Shown: positions 20,348 to 29,191 of the stretch, in pieces | How positions within the stretch are numbered: position 1 is the first letter of the stretch | Layout: each line of letters starts with the position of its first letter | Made by a program: the position numbers and the translations under genes | Assembly (NCBI GenBank): GCA_016204995.1 | Contig: JACQJR010000001.1 | Location: 473,666 to 537,665, forward strand | Source: Candidatus Microgenomates bacterium | Lineage (GTDB): Bacteria; Patescibacteriota; Microgenomatia; UBA8517; JACQJR01 | Length of the DNA stretch: 64,000 nucleotides | Reading direction: 5' to 3' | Notes under the pieces: generated by a model | The model's input: only the letters and a program-made list of their open reading frames with translations | Database searches by the model: none | What the model was told of the DNA's origin: nothing

Positions 20348-20725
20348 CTATTGAGGAGATAAGGTTTTAACTACGTTTTCAATATCCAAAATAGTACTGA
20401 TGCCAATCAAGTTGGTAATTAGGCGGATTAAGAAAATGGCAAAGACTACTACTGCCAAACCGATAATGGCGCTGGTTAATTTACTGCGTGCTTCGCCCAA
20501 TTTATTTTTATCTCCGCCCGAGCTTAACCATTGAATGCCGCCAACTAACAGCTGAAAGATAAACCAGATGGCGGCAATAATGGTCATAAAGCCGATGACG
20601 TTGGAAATTAATTGAGCAAAAATTGCAGGGGCGTCAAAAGCGCTTTTATTATCGCCCAAACCCAGAGGTCCGATACCGCGAAAGCCTTTTCCACCAGAAA
20701 TATCAAAGGGTATTTGTAGTAACAT
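20348..20725 (-). CDS. TrbC/VirB2-like pilin
   Basis: GGIQWLSSGGDKNKLGEARSKLTSAIIG. Confidence 0.85.
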   Translation of the reverse strand: MLLQIPFDISGGKGFRGIGPLGLGDNKSAFDAPAIFAQLISNVIGFMTIIAAIWFIFQLLVGGIQWLSSGGDKNKLGEARSKLTSAIIGLAVVVFAIFLIRLITNLIGISTILDIENVVKTLSPQ

Positions 20726-20732
20726 ATTTTAT

Positions 20733-21095
20733 TTATCCATCAATACTTGGTCCGCCGCTGGGTGGACGGAAAAGTTTTGGTTTAATCAAAATGGTGGGAT
20801 CGCCGAAGAGTATTTGTCCGAAAATAGCGCCTAAGACTAATGCTCCGGCAATAAATAATAAACCTAACAGAGATTGCCAAATTTTGGCCCAGGCTTTAGC
20901 CATATCGTCCGGCTTACCGCCGGCTGACAAGAACTGATAGCCGGCAATAATGATATTAAATAAAGTATAAATACCACCAGCGATAGTGAGAAAAAGAAGG
21001 ATATTGTTTAGAAAATCCACCAGTCCTCCCTCTTGCAGGCTGCCATACCTAGAAACACCAGGAGGGGGGTTTACTTCGCCGAAAATATTGATCAT
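20733..21095 (-). CDS. TrbC/VirB2-like pilin
   Basis: AGYQFLSAGGKPDDMAKAWAKIWQSLLG. Confidence 0.8.
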   Translation of the reverse strand: MINIFGEVNPPPGVSRYGSLQEGGLVDFLNNILLFLTIAGGIYTLFNIIIAGYQFLSAGGKPDDMAKAWAKIWQSLLGLLFIAGALVLGAIFGQILFGDPTILIKPKLFRPPSGGPSIDG

Positions 21096-21097
21096 GT

Positions 21098-21457
21098 TTA
21101 AAATATTGGTTTTAGTATAGAAACTCCAGTAATAGTCTCAATTATTTGAATTATCCAATAACTGGTAAAAATAATCAAGAAGCCTATAACTGCGGCAGTA
21201 ATAGCCTGTTTGCCTTGAGCGGTTTTTTGTTGTTCTCCACCGCCTGCGCTCATAATAATTTTCAAACCTCCGAAAACAAGCAAGAAAAGCACAATAACGC
21301 CAGCAATGATATAGGCATTGGAAATAATAACAGAAATCAGTGAACCAAAACTTTTGACAGGGGAGTTAAAAGTGTCTCCAATATCCACAGCATAAGTAGC
21401 AGTTGGTATTAAAAACCCTAAGAGCCCAATTGCCCAAAAGCCTAATAGCTTCCTCAT
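21098..21457 (-). CDS. TrbC/VirB2-like pilin
   Basis: GGLKIIMSAGGGEQQKTAQGKQAITAAVIG; start moved to MRKLL. Confidence 0.82.
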   Translation of the reverse strand: MRKLLGFWAIGLLGFLIPTATYAVDIGDTFNSPVKSFGSLISVIISNAYIIAGVIVLFLLVFGGLKIIMSAGGGEQQKTAQGKQAITAAVIGFLIIFTSYWIIQIIETITGVSILKPIF

Positions 21458-21458
21458 A

Positions 21459-21782
21459 TTATTTGCTAAATATTTGTTGAATTTGATTAACACCAAAAAT
21501 TAAACCGATAGCTTGCACCAGCCAATAAGCAGTAAAGATAATCACAAAACCGATAAGAGCATGGGTTACTTTATCCTTGCCTTCTTTTAGTCCTGCCGGA
21601 TCTCCGCCGGAAGTCATCATTTGAAAGCCGCCAAAAATAAGAAAAAGAAGTACAGTAAGTCCCGCAAAGACGAAAAGGTACTTAAGTAATTCCGAAGTAA
21701 TACTACCCACAGAATTTAAATTTTGCTTTAAGCCTACAGCTCCTTGCAGCTGGTTCCAATCAATTTGAGCTAAATATTGCAT
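21459..21782 (-). CDS. TrbC/VirB2-like pilin
   Basis: GGFQMMTSGGDPAGLKEGKDKVTHALIG. Confidence 0.85.
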   Translation of the reverse strand: MQYLAQIDWNQLQGAVGLKQNLNSVGSITSELLKYLFVFAGLTVLLFLIFGGFQMMTSGGDPAGLKEGKDKVTHALIGFVIIFTAYWLVQAIGLIFGVNQIQQIFSK

Positions 21783-21784
21783 AG

Positions 21785-21910
21785 TTTAAATTTCTAATTA
21801 CTAATTATTTTAATTAACCTAAATAAATCCCAATGACCAAATTGGGAAATTTCTAATTTTTAGTCATTATTTAGAGCAATTAGAAATTAGATTAATTAGG
21901 TCAATTTAAA
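21785..21910. repeat. Periodic intergenic element, subfamily A (empty)
   Basis: tttaaatttctaattactaatt...aaatcccaatgaccaaattgggaaattt...ttagaaattagattaattaggtcaattt. Confidence 0.88.
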
Positions 21911-21920
21911 ATTCTCTATA

Positions 21921-22703
21921 TTAGAATCCTGGTAAACCTAAAATATCAAGTCCGATTAATTTTAACAGAAATACGGCAAAAATCAGAAATAGCAAACCGG
22001 AAATAGCAGCAGTCAATTGTTCTTTACCGCCCTTTAGCTGATCTGGATTTCCACCCGAAGTGAGAATTTTGAGGCCACCTACTAAAATTAACAAAAAGGC
22101 AATTCCTCCGGCAATACCCAATATCCATCTTAGAGTCCATGTTACAAATTCGCTAGTATTAGTTACAGGGATGCATCCAAGTGCAGTGACTATACCCTCA
22201 TTCCCATCTGGGCAATTTGTAATAGCAGCCCCTTTTCCAGCCTCGCCGACTATAGGAGGGGAATTGGGATCTCTTACTATAAAAAGATTTTCCCCTACAT
22301 ATTTATCGGTAGGATCTAAAAATTCGCTGCTTTGTTCATATAACATAAGATGCCAAACTCCTTCTGTAAAGGTGAGTGAACCGCAATCGTTGTGTACATG
22401 TGTATCGCCACAAAAGTACTGTACTACTATTTTTCCTGCTGCATCAGGTTTCTGGTTATAGAATACATTTGCCTCGGCACCCTTTTTACCATCTCTGGCA
22501 ATTCTTTTTGTTATTAAGGTATATTCCTTATCGGCTTTTAATCGGCTAATAGTAATTTTGACATTCTGGGGTGTAGTAGGCGCAAAAAGGGAGGGATTAA
22601 TACTGATAACTTGAGCATTTGCTATGCTGTAATTTTTGGGAAAAACAAATAAAATAGTCCATAACCCCAGTAGTAAATAGAGGGCCAATAAAATCTTTGC
22701 CAT
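21921..22703 (-). CDS. Pilin-like protein with N-terminal extracellular domain
   Basis: TALGCIP followed by GGLKILTSGGNPDQLKGGKEQLTAAISG. Confidence 0.8.
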   Translation of the reverse strand: MAKILLALYLLLGLWTILFVFPKNYSIANAQVISINPSLFAPTTPQNVKITISRLKADKEYTLITKRIARDGKKGAEANVFYNQKPDAAGKIVVQYFCGDTHVHNDCGSLTFTEGVWHLMLYEQSSEFLDPTDKYVGENLFIVRDPNSPPIVGEAGKGAAITNCPDGNEGIVTALGCIPVTNTSEFVTWTLRWILGIAGGIAFLLILVGGLKILTSGGNPDQLKGGKEQLTAAISGLLFLIFAVFLLKLIGLDILGLPGF

Positions 22704-22740
22704 TTACTAAATTGTAGCATGAAGGAAAACAAGGGGCAAA

Positions 22741-22856
22741 TCAATTTAATTTCTAATTCCTAATTACTAATTTCTAATCAAATCCAAATTTTGGGAAATT
22801 TCTAATTTTAGTCATTTTTTAGGTCAATTAAAAATTAGAATAATTAGGTTAATTCT
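22741..22856. repeat. Periodic intergenic element, subfamily A (empty)
   Basis: atttctaattcctaattactaatttctaatcaaatccaaattttgggaaatttct...aggtcaattaaaaattagaataattaggttaatt. Confidence 0.88.
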
Positions 22857-22874
22857 AACTGGTATAATTACTTT

Positions 22875-24602
22875 ATGAAATTGGTGTTAGCTGTTTTAGT
22901 AATCTTACTTTCCCTCTACGTTCTCGGTTCTAAGTTCTATACTCTAGCATCTAATTGTCCAGCGACGGATTATGATTGTCAGATTAAGGAAATCCAAGCA
23001 GAAATTGACGCCCTCAAACCAGCCCATGAGCAAAATGAGAAAGAACTGGCTGATTTACGCAAACAAATTAATAGTATTAAAAGCAGATTGGCCAATATTG
23101 ACAGCCAATTGTCAGCCTTGGCCAAAAGTATTGCCGCACGGGAAGAAGATTTGGAGCTACAAAAGCAACTATTGGAAATTCGGGTCAGTAATTTGTATGT
23201 GCGAAGCAGAGTTTATTCGCCGTTAATAGTTTTTCTGGCGGCCAACTCGGCGGCAGAATTTACCAGGGAATTAGTAATTAGGGAGCAGATTACTGCCGAA
23301 GACAGGCGGGTAATTGGAAGCCTGGCCGATGAGCTAATTAAGTTAAACCAGGATAAAGAAACTTTGAAAAACGCCCAAGCCAGTTTAACTAAAACTAAAA
23401 CCCAGCTAGATCAGCAGGCGGGGTTTTTAGCCAAAGAAGTAGAAAAAGTTGGTTCCTATCTTTCCACGCTTTCTTCCCGGCAAAATGAGCTACTGGCCTT
23501 AAAAGCCGGCGGCTTTTCTGCTTCCATTGGAGATACTCCACCGACACTTGAGCCTTGTTCGGGCCCGCCAGGTTCTTCTGCTTTTTGCGACCCCGGGTTT
23601 CGGGCCGCCTTTGCCGCCTTTTCTTTCGGGGCGCCGCATAGAAAAGGCATGAGTCAGTTTGGCGCTTTTGGCAGGTCTAAAGCCGGCCAAAGCTACCAGC
23701 AAATTTTACAAAGCTATTATGGCGATGTGGAGATTAGAAAAGTAGGCATGCCTGCTCAAATTAATACTACTGTCGGCGCCTTGGCTTTTGAAGGCAGATA
23801 TTTACGGGGCATTGCCGAAATGCCCACTAAATGGGCAGATGAAGGCGGCTATGAAGCCTTAAAGGCCCAGGCAGTCGCCGCCCGCAGCTATGCCCTGGCT
23901 TATGTCGGTTGGCGAATTGGTAATCCTAGTGCCGGGGGTAAAATTTGCGTCACCGAAGCCTGTCAAGTTTATAAAAATAGCAAAGCCGATAGTCCTGGTA
24001 GGTGGGCTGAGGCGGTTAGTCAGACTGAAGGAGAAGTATTGGTCAGTAAGGCGAGCGGTGAAATTGTCAATGCTTTTTATGCTTCAACGGCTGGCGGTTA
24101 TACCTTTTCTTATGCGAGCATTGGTCATAATACGCCGGGTTTGTGGGATACTTCTGATGGTAAAGGCGGCTGGCCGGATCAGTCTTGGGAGAAAAAGGCC
24201 GGCTCGCCATGGTTTTATAAAGCCTGGTTTAAAACCAGAAGTGGTGCCAGTTGCGGCAAAGCCAATCCTTGGTTAACCAGCGAGGAACTGGCTGATATTT
24301 TAAATGCCTGGCGGGTACTGGCGGGCGCTGGTGGTGACGTCTCGCGAGTTTCACCAATTACTACTTCGTGCTTTTCCGGCAATCCATATTCTCTTTCTGA
24401 TTTACAAAATATTGGCGGTTTTAACAGTGTTAGTGATGTTTCCGTAGTTTATGGTAATGATGGTTCTACTCAAACAGTCGGTTTTACTACCAACAAAGGG
24501 CAAGTCGGTGTGCCGGCGGAAGAATTTAAAAAGGCTTTTAATTTACGCGCCCCCGGCTATATCGGGATTAAGAGTAGCTTGTTTAATATTGTGAAGCTAT
24601 AG
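22875..24602 (+). CDS. Coiled-coil plus SpoIID/LytB-domain protein
   Basis: HRKGMSQFGA, EALKAQAVAARSYA, CQVY, NAFYASTAGG. Confidence 0.87.
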   Translation: MKLVLAVLVILLSLYVLGSKFYTLASNCPATDYDCQIKEIQAEIDALKPAHEQNEKELADLRKQINSIKSRLANIDSQLSALAKSIAAREEDLELQKQLLEIRVSNLYVRSRVYSPLIVFLAANSAAEFTRELVIREQITAEDRRVIGSLADELIKLNQDKETLKNAQASLTKTKTQLDQQAGFLAKEVEKVGSYLSTLSSRQNELLALKAGGFSASIGDTPPTLEPCSGPPGSSAFCDPGFRAAFAAFSFGAPHRKGMSQFGAFGRSKAGQSYQQILQSYYGDVEIRKVGMPAQINTTVGALAFEGRYLRGIAEMPTKWADEGGYEALKAQAVAARSYALAYVGWRIGNPSAGGKICVTEACQVYKNSKADSPGRWAEAVSQTEGEVLVSKASGEIVNAFYASTAGGYTFSYASIGHNTPGLWDTSDGKGGWPDQSWEKKAGSPWFYKAWFKTRSGASCGKANPWLTSEELADILNAWRVLAGAGGDVSRVSPITTSCFSGNPYSLSDLQNIGGFNSVSDVSVVYGNDGSTQTVGFTTNKGQVGVPAEEFKKAFNLRAPGYIGIKSSLFNIVKL

Positions 24603-24608
24603 TGATAT

Positions 24609-24686
24609 AATTGACCTAAATAATGTCCAAGATTGGTAAATTTCTAAAATTTGGGATTTATTTAGATATTAGATATTAGAAATTTT
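24609..24686. repeat. Periodic intergenic element, subfamily A (empty, short)
   Basis: ttgacctaaa...tttgggatttatttagatattagatattagaaattt; same orientation as the copy at 1021. Confidence 0.8.
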
Positions 24687-24693
24687 TACCTTT

Positions 24694-25389
24694 ATGCCGG
24701 ATATTTACATAGATAATTCAAAAAAAGATAGTTCTGGGTCTGGAGTTGGTAGTTCGGCGAAGGATAAAAAAATAGTATCAGATTCTCCTAACCCTGAACT
24801 TATCACTCATAACCAACCTGGCCATACTCATAATCCCTTAGCCTCCTATTGCTATCAGCCGGAAAATGTTTCTTTTGAAACACAAGATCCCCAAGAAAAA
24901 ATAATTTTATTTCTACGCAAGCACCCTATTATCAATCTTCCTTGGATAATTATTGCGGTAATTCTATTACTGGCGCCCACTTTTATTTTACCAATTTTTC
25001 CCTTGCTTTCCTTCCTGCCGGCTAAATTTCAGCTAGTAGCTATTTTAGGTTGGTATCTGGTGACAGTGGCTTTTATTTTGGAAAACTTTTTATCTTGGTT
25101 TTTCAACGTGGATATAGTGACTGATGAAAGGGTGATTGATATAGACTTTCATAATTTAATTTATCGTGAGGTATCGGAAACAAAGATAGATAAAGTTCAG
25201 GATGTAACTTATAAAATGGGAGGTGTACTGCGAGCTATGTTCAATTATGGTGATGTATTTTTACAGACAGCCGGTACGGTGCCTAATTTTCAATTTTTGG
25301 CAGTGCCTAGGCCAGATGAGGTAGTAAAAGTCTTGCAAGCTTTGAGAATGGAAGAAGAACAGGAAGCTTTGGAGGGGAGGGTTAGATAA
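24694..25389 (+). CDS. Membrane protein with bacterial PH domain
   Basis: Two TMs then IVTDERVID...KVQDV...FNYGDVFLQTAG. Confidence 0.82.
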   Translation: MPDIYIDNSKKDSSGSGVGSSAKDKKIVSDSPNPELITHNQPGHTHNPLASYCYQPENVSFETQDPQEKIILFLRKHPIINLPWIIIAVILLLAPTFILPIFPLLSFLPAKFQLVAILGWYLVTVAFILENFLSWFFNVDIVTDERVIDIDFHNLIYREVSETKIDKVQDVTYKMGGVLRAMFNYGDVFLQTAGTVPNFQFLAVPRPDEVVKVLQALRMEEEQEALEGRVR

Positions 25390-25390
25390 A

Positions 25391-25606
25391 ATGCCGGTTG
25401 ATAATTCAGTAATTTGGCTGGCTGGTAAATTATTTGCCATTGTGGCTTTTGCTATTTATGTGATTTTTGCGGCGGTGGTAGTGCGCCAGGTCTATTTAAT
25501 GACTAAAACTATTAGTGTGGGTTTTGAGTTACCTGTTCAGACAATAGCCTGGATACACCTTATAATAGCGGTGGCGATCTTATTATTTGTGGTTGTTTTT
25601 CTCTAA
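25391..25606 (+). CDS. Small membrane protein (DUF5657-like)
   Basis: YVIFAAVVVRQVYLMTKT; two TMs. Confidence 0.7.
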   Translation: MPVDNSVIWLAGKLFAIVAFAIYVIFAAVVVRQVYLMTKTISVGFELPVQTIAWIHLIIAVAILLFVVVFL

Positions 25607-25628
25607 ACGAAATTCCCTTCACCCTGCC

Positions 25629-27413
25629 ATGCTGCAAATTACAAAGATTATCGGTCGTCAAACTGATGCCTGGTCTGAAGTCTACGTTAAAAACGGTTTA
25701 GTAATTTTACTAATAGCCCCCAGCCAGGAAATTGGCAGTCCCATTTTAAAAGAGATAGTTGAGTCTAATAATCTACCTTCTACCCTCCACCATCTACCAT
25801 CCGATGATATAACTGCAATTGCTTTATTATTTAAAAGCGGTTATGTCCGCGGCTGGGTTTTAGGAAATGTTCAACTCAACATTGGCCGCAATGGCAAAAC
25901 CGGCATTTTGGTGGCTGGTAAAAAAGGTGAAGCAAAATCAGTCAATGGTCCGGCAAAGCCGGGTGATACTTTGTTGTTAACAACTACTTCTTTATTTGCG
26001 GCTGTGCCGGATAAAGAAATTACGGCTGGGTTAGTCAATCCCACCAGTGAATCTTTTTCTCAAATTGCCAGTTTTATTGGTAAGTACAATAAAGATTTAG
26101 TAGCTAGTGTTTTCGTACACCTGCCTGCGCAGGCAGGCTTACCCCGATCTAATCAGGGTCTGTCAGGCAAAAAATTTAATATCAAGGTGGTGCGGGTAAA
26201 ATTGCCTAAGTTGCCCCAAGCATCCAGACGAGCTTTCAGTAATACCATATTTTTATCTTCACTTTTCCTCAAACGCTTAAGAAGGCGGGAAATTTATATT
26301 AGCGAAAACCATCCTAAAAGAAGCGCTTTTATTATGGGAATTAGCTTTTTGGTGATGGTGACCTTAGTAGTTGTAATTGGTATGCAACGATCTTCCCAAG
26401 AAACAGCTTTAGCCAAATATCAACCATTAATGATCCAAATTGGTAGCAATCTGCAAGCAAGTAAGGATTTGGTAGAGCTTAACGCGGCTCGGTCGCAAGA
26501 GCTGGCCCGTCAGGTTAAAAATGATTTAGCAAGTCTGGCCGCGGACAGTCCTAAAAATAAAAATGTACTGGAATTTATTAATCAAACAGAAAGCGACTTA
26601 AACGACTTATTGGGGGAATATCGGGTAACCCCGTCGGTGTTGGTTGATTTAAGCTTGGTCCGGGATGGATTTCAAACGGGGGAAGTAGCCCTAGATGGCG
26701 AGAAAATCACCGTTTTGGATAACCAAAAGCGTCTATTGATCTCTTTTGACTTTGCCGGCCGTAATATGAAAGTGTTGGCTGGACCGGATACAATTCCTCA
26801 AGCCAGACTGGTAGCTATTGATGACGGTCAAGTTTTTGTTTTGGACGGTCAAAGGGTGGCTCGCATTGAGCAAAGCAGTAGTCAAACCACCGCTCGTTCA
26901 GCGATTATTCCTGAAGGCAGCTGGGGCAGAATTTCCCATCTAGCCGCTTTTACCGGCAATCTTTATCTTCTGGATTCGGCTAAAAATCAGATTTGGCGCT
27001 ATAGTGAGGCAAGTTCGGAACGGGCAGGAGCAGGTGAAGCTTGGCTAGCTAAAGATACAGTTATTGATTTAAGTAATATTAATTCCATGGCCATTGATGG
27101 ATATCTTTGGTTATTGGATAAAAATGGCCAGATCAGTCGCCTGTCGCGGGGGAATAAGGTAGGTTTTAATGTGACAGGGTTAGAAAAGGCTTGGATTACA
27201 CCTGTTGCCTTATTTACCGCTGAAAATCTGAAAAATCTTTATATTTTAGATGCTGAAAAAAAGCGGGTAGTGGTAATTGATAAATCCGGTGTTTATCACG
27301 CTCAATATTTATCAGATCAGTTAAAAGAGGCAACAAATTTAGTAGTTTCCGAGGAGAATAAAAAGATGTTAATTTTTGCCGGCAGCAAAGTCTATGAAAT
27401 TGAGCTAAAATAG
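25629..27413 (+). CDS. Membrane protein with degenerate PP2C-like N-terminus and beta-propeller C-terminus
   Basis: PGDTLLLTT, a TM, then repeated LYLLD/LWLLD/LYILD blades. Confidence 0.65.
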   Translation: MLQITKIIGRQTDAWSEVYVKNGLVILLIAPSQEIGSPILKEIVESNNLPSTLHHLPSDDITAIALLFKSGYVRGWVLGNVQLNIGRNGKTGILVAGKKGEAKSVNGPAKPGDTLLLTTTSLFAAVPDKEITAGLVNPTSESFSQIASFIGKYNKDLVASVFVHLPAQAGLPRSNQGLSGKKFNIKVVRVKLPKLPQASRRAFSNTIFLSSLFLKRLRRREIYISENHPKRSAFIMGISFLVMVTLVVVIGMQRSSQETALAKYQPLMIQIGSNLQASKDLVELNAARSQELARQVKNDLASLAADSPKNKNVLEFINQTESDLNDLLGEYRVTPSVLVDLSLVRDGFQTGEVALDGEKITVLDNQKRLLISFDFAGRNMKVLAGPDTIPQARLVAIDDGQVFVLDGQRVARIEQSSSQTTARSAIIPEGSWGRISHLAAFTGNLYLLDSAKNQIWRYSEASSERAGAGEAWLAKDTVIDLSNINSMAIDGYLWLLDKNGQISRLSRGNKVGFNVTGLEKAWITPVALFTAENLKNLYILDAEKKRVVVIDKSGVYHAQYLSDQLKEATNLVVSEENKKMLIFAGSKVYEIELK

Positions 27414-27418
27414 TCATC

Positions 27419-27859
27419 ATGCAGATTCTTAACCGCCGCGCCCCTTACGAGTACATATTATTAGACAGAATTGAAGCTGGAATTATGCTGGCTGGCAGTG
27501 AGGTTAAATCTATCAAAAACGGCCGCTTAGATCTCTCTACCAGCTTTGCCAGAATTAATAATGGAGAGGTTTATCTGGTTAATGCCAATATCCCTCCTTA
27601 CCAGGGAGGAGTACCGGAAAATTATGATCCTAGCCGTAGCCGTAAGCTTCTTTTAAGTAAAGATGAAATCCTGTCTTGGGAGACTAAATCCAAGCAGCAA
27701 AAATTGACAATTGTGCCCACCAAAGTATATACTAAAGGACAGCTGGTTAAGGTGGAATTAGCCTTGGCCAAGCCTAAACGCCAGTTTGAAAAACGTGAGG
27801 CTAAGAGAAAAAAAGATGTGGCGCGTGAGGTAGAAAGAGAACTTAGATTACGGGGATGA
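27419..27859 (+). CDS. smpB: SsrA-binding protein
   Basis: EAGIMLAGSEVKS, RSRKLLL; adjacent to tmRNA. Confidence 0.97.
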   Translation: MQILNRRAPYEYILLDRIEAGIMLAGSEVKSIKNGRLDLSTSFARINNGEVYLVNANIPPYQGGVPENYDPSRSRKLLLSKDEILSWETKSKQQKLTIVPTKVYTKGQLVKVELALAKPKRQFEKREAKRKKDVAREVERELRLRG

Positions 27860-28215
27860 CAGGTTTCGACGGAGAGCACCTTAACACTATAGCAAGCCGG
27901 CTTTGATGAATAGCCGTTAAACAGCATCAAAACAAAAGCGTCAACTCAAAAGGTAACGCTCCAGCATACGCTTACGCGTCTTAAACTGCTGGCATCTTTA
28001 CTAGGCTCTCCTGTGGTTTGGATAAAGGTGTAAAAATAGCAGGATGCTTTTCAAGTTTGGTTGATCAGCAAACTTGAAGAAAAGACTTTCTGAAATTACT
28101 TAAAAATGAGTGTCAATTATCAAATTTTTAAGGACATAAAATAATTGACTAAGCTTGTATAACTATAGTATTTCGGTCTTTTCGGATGAGGGTCCAATTC
28201 CCTCCATCTCCACCA
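27852..28215 (+). ncRNA. ssrA: tmRNA
   Basis: 5' GGGGATGACAGGTTTCGAC; 3' T-arm and CATCTCCACCA; tag ORF 27940-27984 (VNSKGNAPAYAYAS*). Confidence 0.95.
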
Positions 28216-28377
28216 TAAGATACTTTCATTTTTTTTGCGAATTCTATTTGTTTCTTTTCCTTGCCACACCCTCCCTGCGCGGAAAAAGGCAAAGTACCCC
28301 TAAAACCAATAAACTTATGTGCTAACTATAGTATGTAGAACCAAAGTTAGCAAGAGCGTAGACTATAGTTATCAACT

Positions 28378-28590
28378 ATGAAAAGAGAGATTTTAATAAA
28401 ATTTGGTAAAAAAGTTCGTGAGCGACGCTTTGAGCTTGGATTGTCGCAAGAGGAATTAGCGGCAAGAGCGGGTGTACATCGCACCTATGTTGGCATGATA
28501 GAGCGAGCGGAAAAGAATATCACACTAACGAATATCGAAAAAATTGCAAAAGCTCTCGATTTTTCACTAGACGAAATCACGAAATTATAA
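28378..28590 (+). CDS. R-M controller (C) protein, XRE HTH
   Basis: SQEELAARAGVHRTYVGMIERAEKNITL; directly upstream of the REase. Confidence 0.9.
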   Translation: MKREILIKFGKKVRERRFELGLSQEELAARAGVHRTYVGMIERAEKNITLTNIEKIAKALDFSLDEITKL

Positions 28591-28592
28591 AT

Positions 28593-29189
28593 ATGGGAAC
28601 AAACGAATTAAGAAAAAGAAAAATTTGGCAGGATGTCAGCGGTGGAAAGGCCGGAGTTGCAGAGAAGAAATTTTTTGACATCTTCACGAAGGAGTTTAAA
28701 GGTACAAATTTTAGAATTCGCTCAAAACCGAGAGAATTCAAAGATATTTACTCAAAAATAAAACTTACCGCAGAAATATTAAAGGGTATCTATAACCCAA
28801 ACGAAACTTGGGTACACGGACTAATTCCTGACTACGCAATAGATAACATCAAGACAGGGAAAACACTGTATGTAGAGGTTAAAAGGCAGGATGGGTGGGT
28901 TGAGGGTAAACCTTGCAAAGCTGGTAGAGGAAATGCCCATGAGAGATCGAATAAACTGTTCACTCCAGGAATACTAAAATTAATGAGAGAACACGGAAAA
29001 ATAGGAAAGGACGTGTTGCCGTTCTGGGTTGTTTTTCAGGGAGATATAGCTCGCGACCCCAAAAGAGTTAGGGAAATACATTTTTGGTACGGGGATTATT
29101 CCGACAACTTCTTTTTATGGAGTAATTCTTTGGATGAGAAATCTGTAATTAATCACTTCAACAAAAAACTGAAACGCTTTTTACTTTAG
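28593..29189 (+). CDS. MunI-family type II restriction endonuclease
   Basis: PDYAI...EVKRQDGWVEGK...GRGNAHERSNKLFTPG...RDPKRVREI, recognised as MunI-like. Confidence 0.9.
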   Translation: MGTNELRKRKIWQDVSGGKAGVAEKKFFDIFTKEFKGTNFRIRSKPREFKDIYSKIKLTAEILKGIYNPNETWVHGLIPDYAIDNIKTGKTLYVEVKRQDGWVEGKPCKAGRGNAHERSNKLFTPGILKLMREHGKIGKDVLPFWVVFQGDIARDPKRVREIHFWYGDYSDNFFLWSNSLDEKSVINHFNKKLKRFLL

Positions 29190-29191
29190 TT

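Noticed and set aside
18580-22856. Intergenic repeats as a CRISPR array or integron attC sites
   Set aside because: No constant repeat-spacer period and no cas or intI gene; the arms lack attC RYYYAAC/GTTRRRY ends.
28593-29189. Avoidance of the MunI site CAATTG in the window
   Set aside because: CAATTG occurs repeatedly (e.g. near 36, 448, 1273, 13033), and I cannot quantify depletion without computation.
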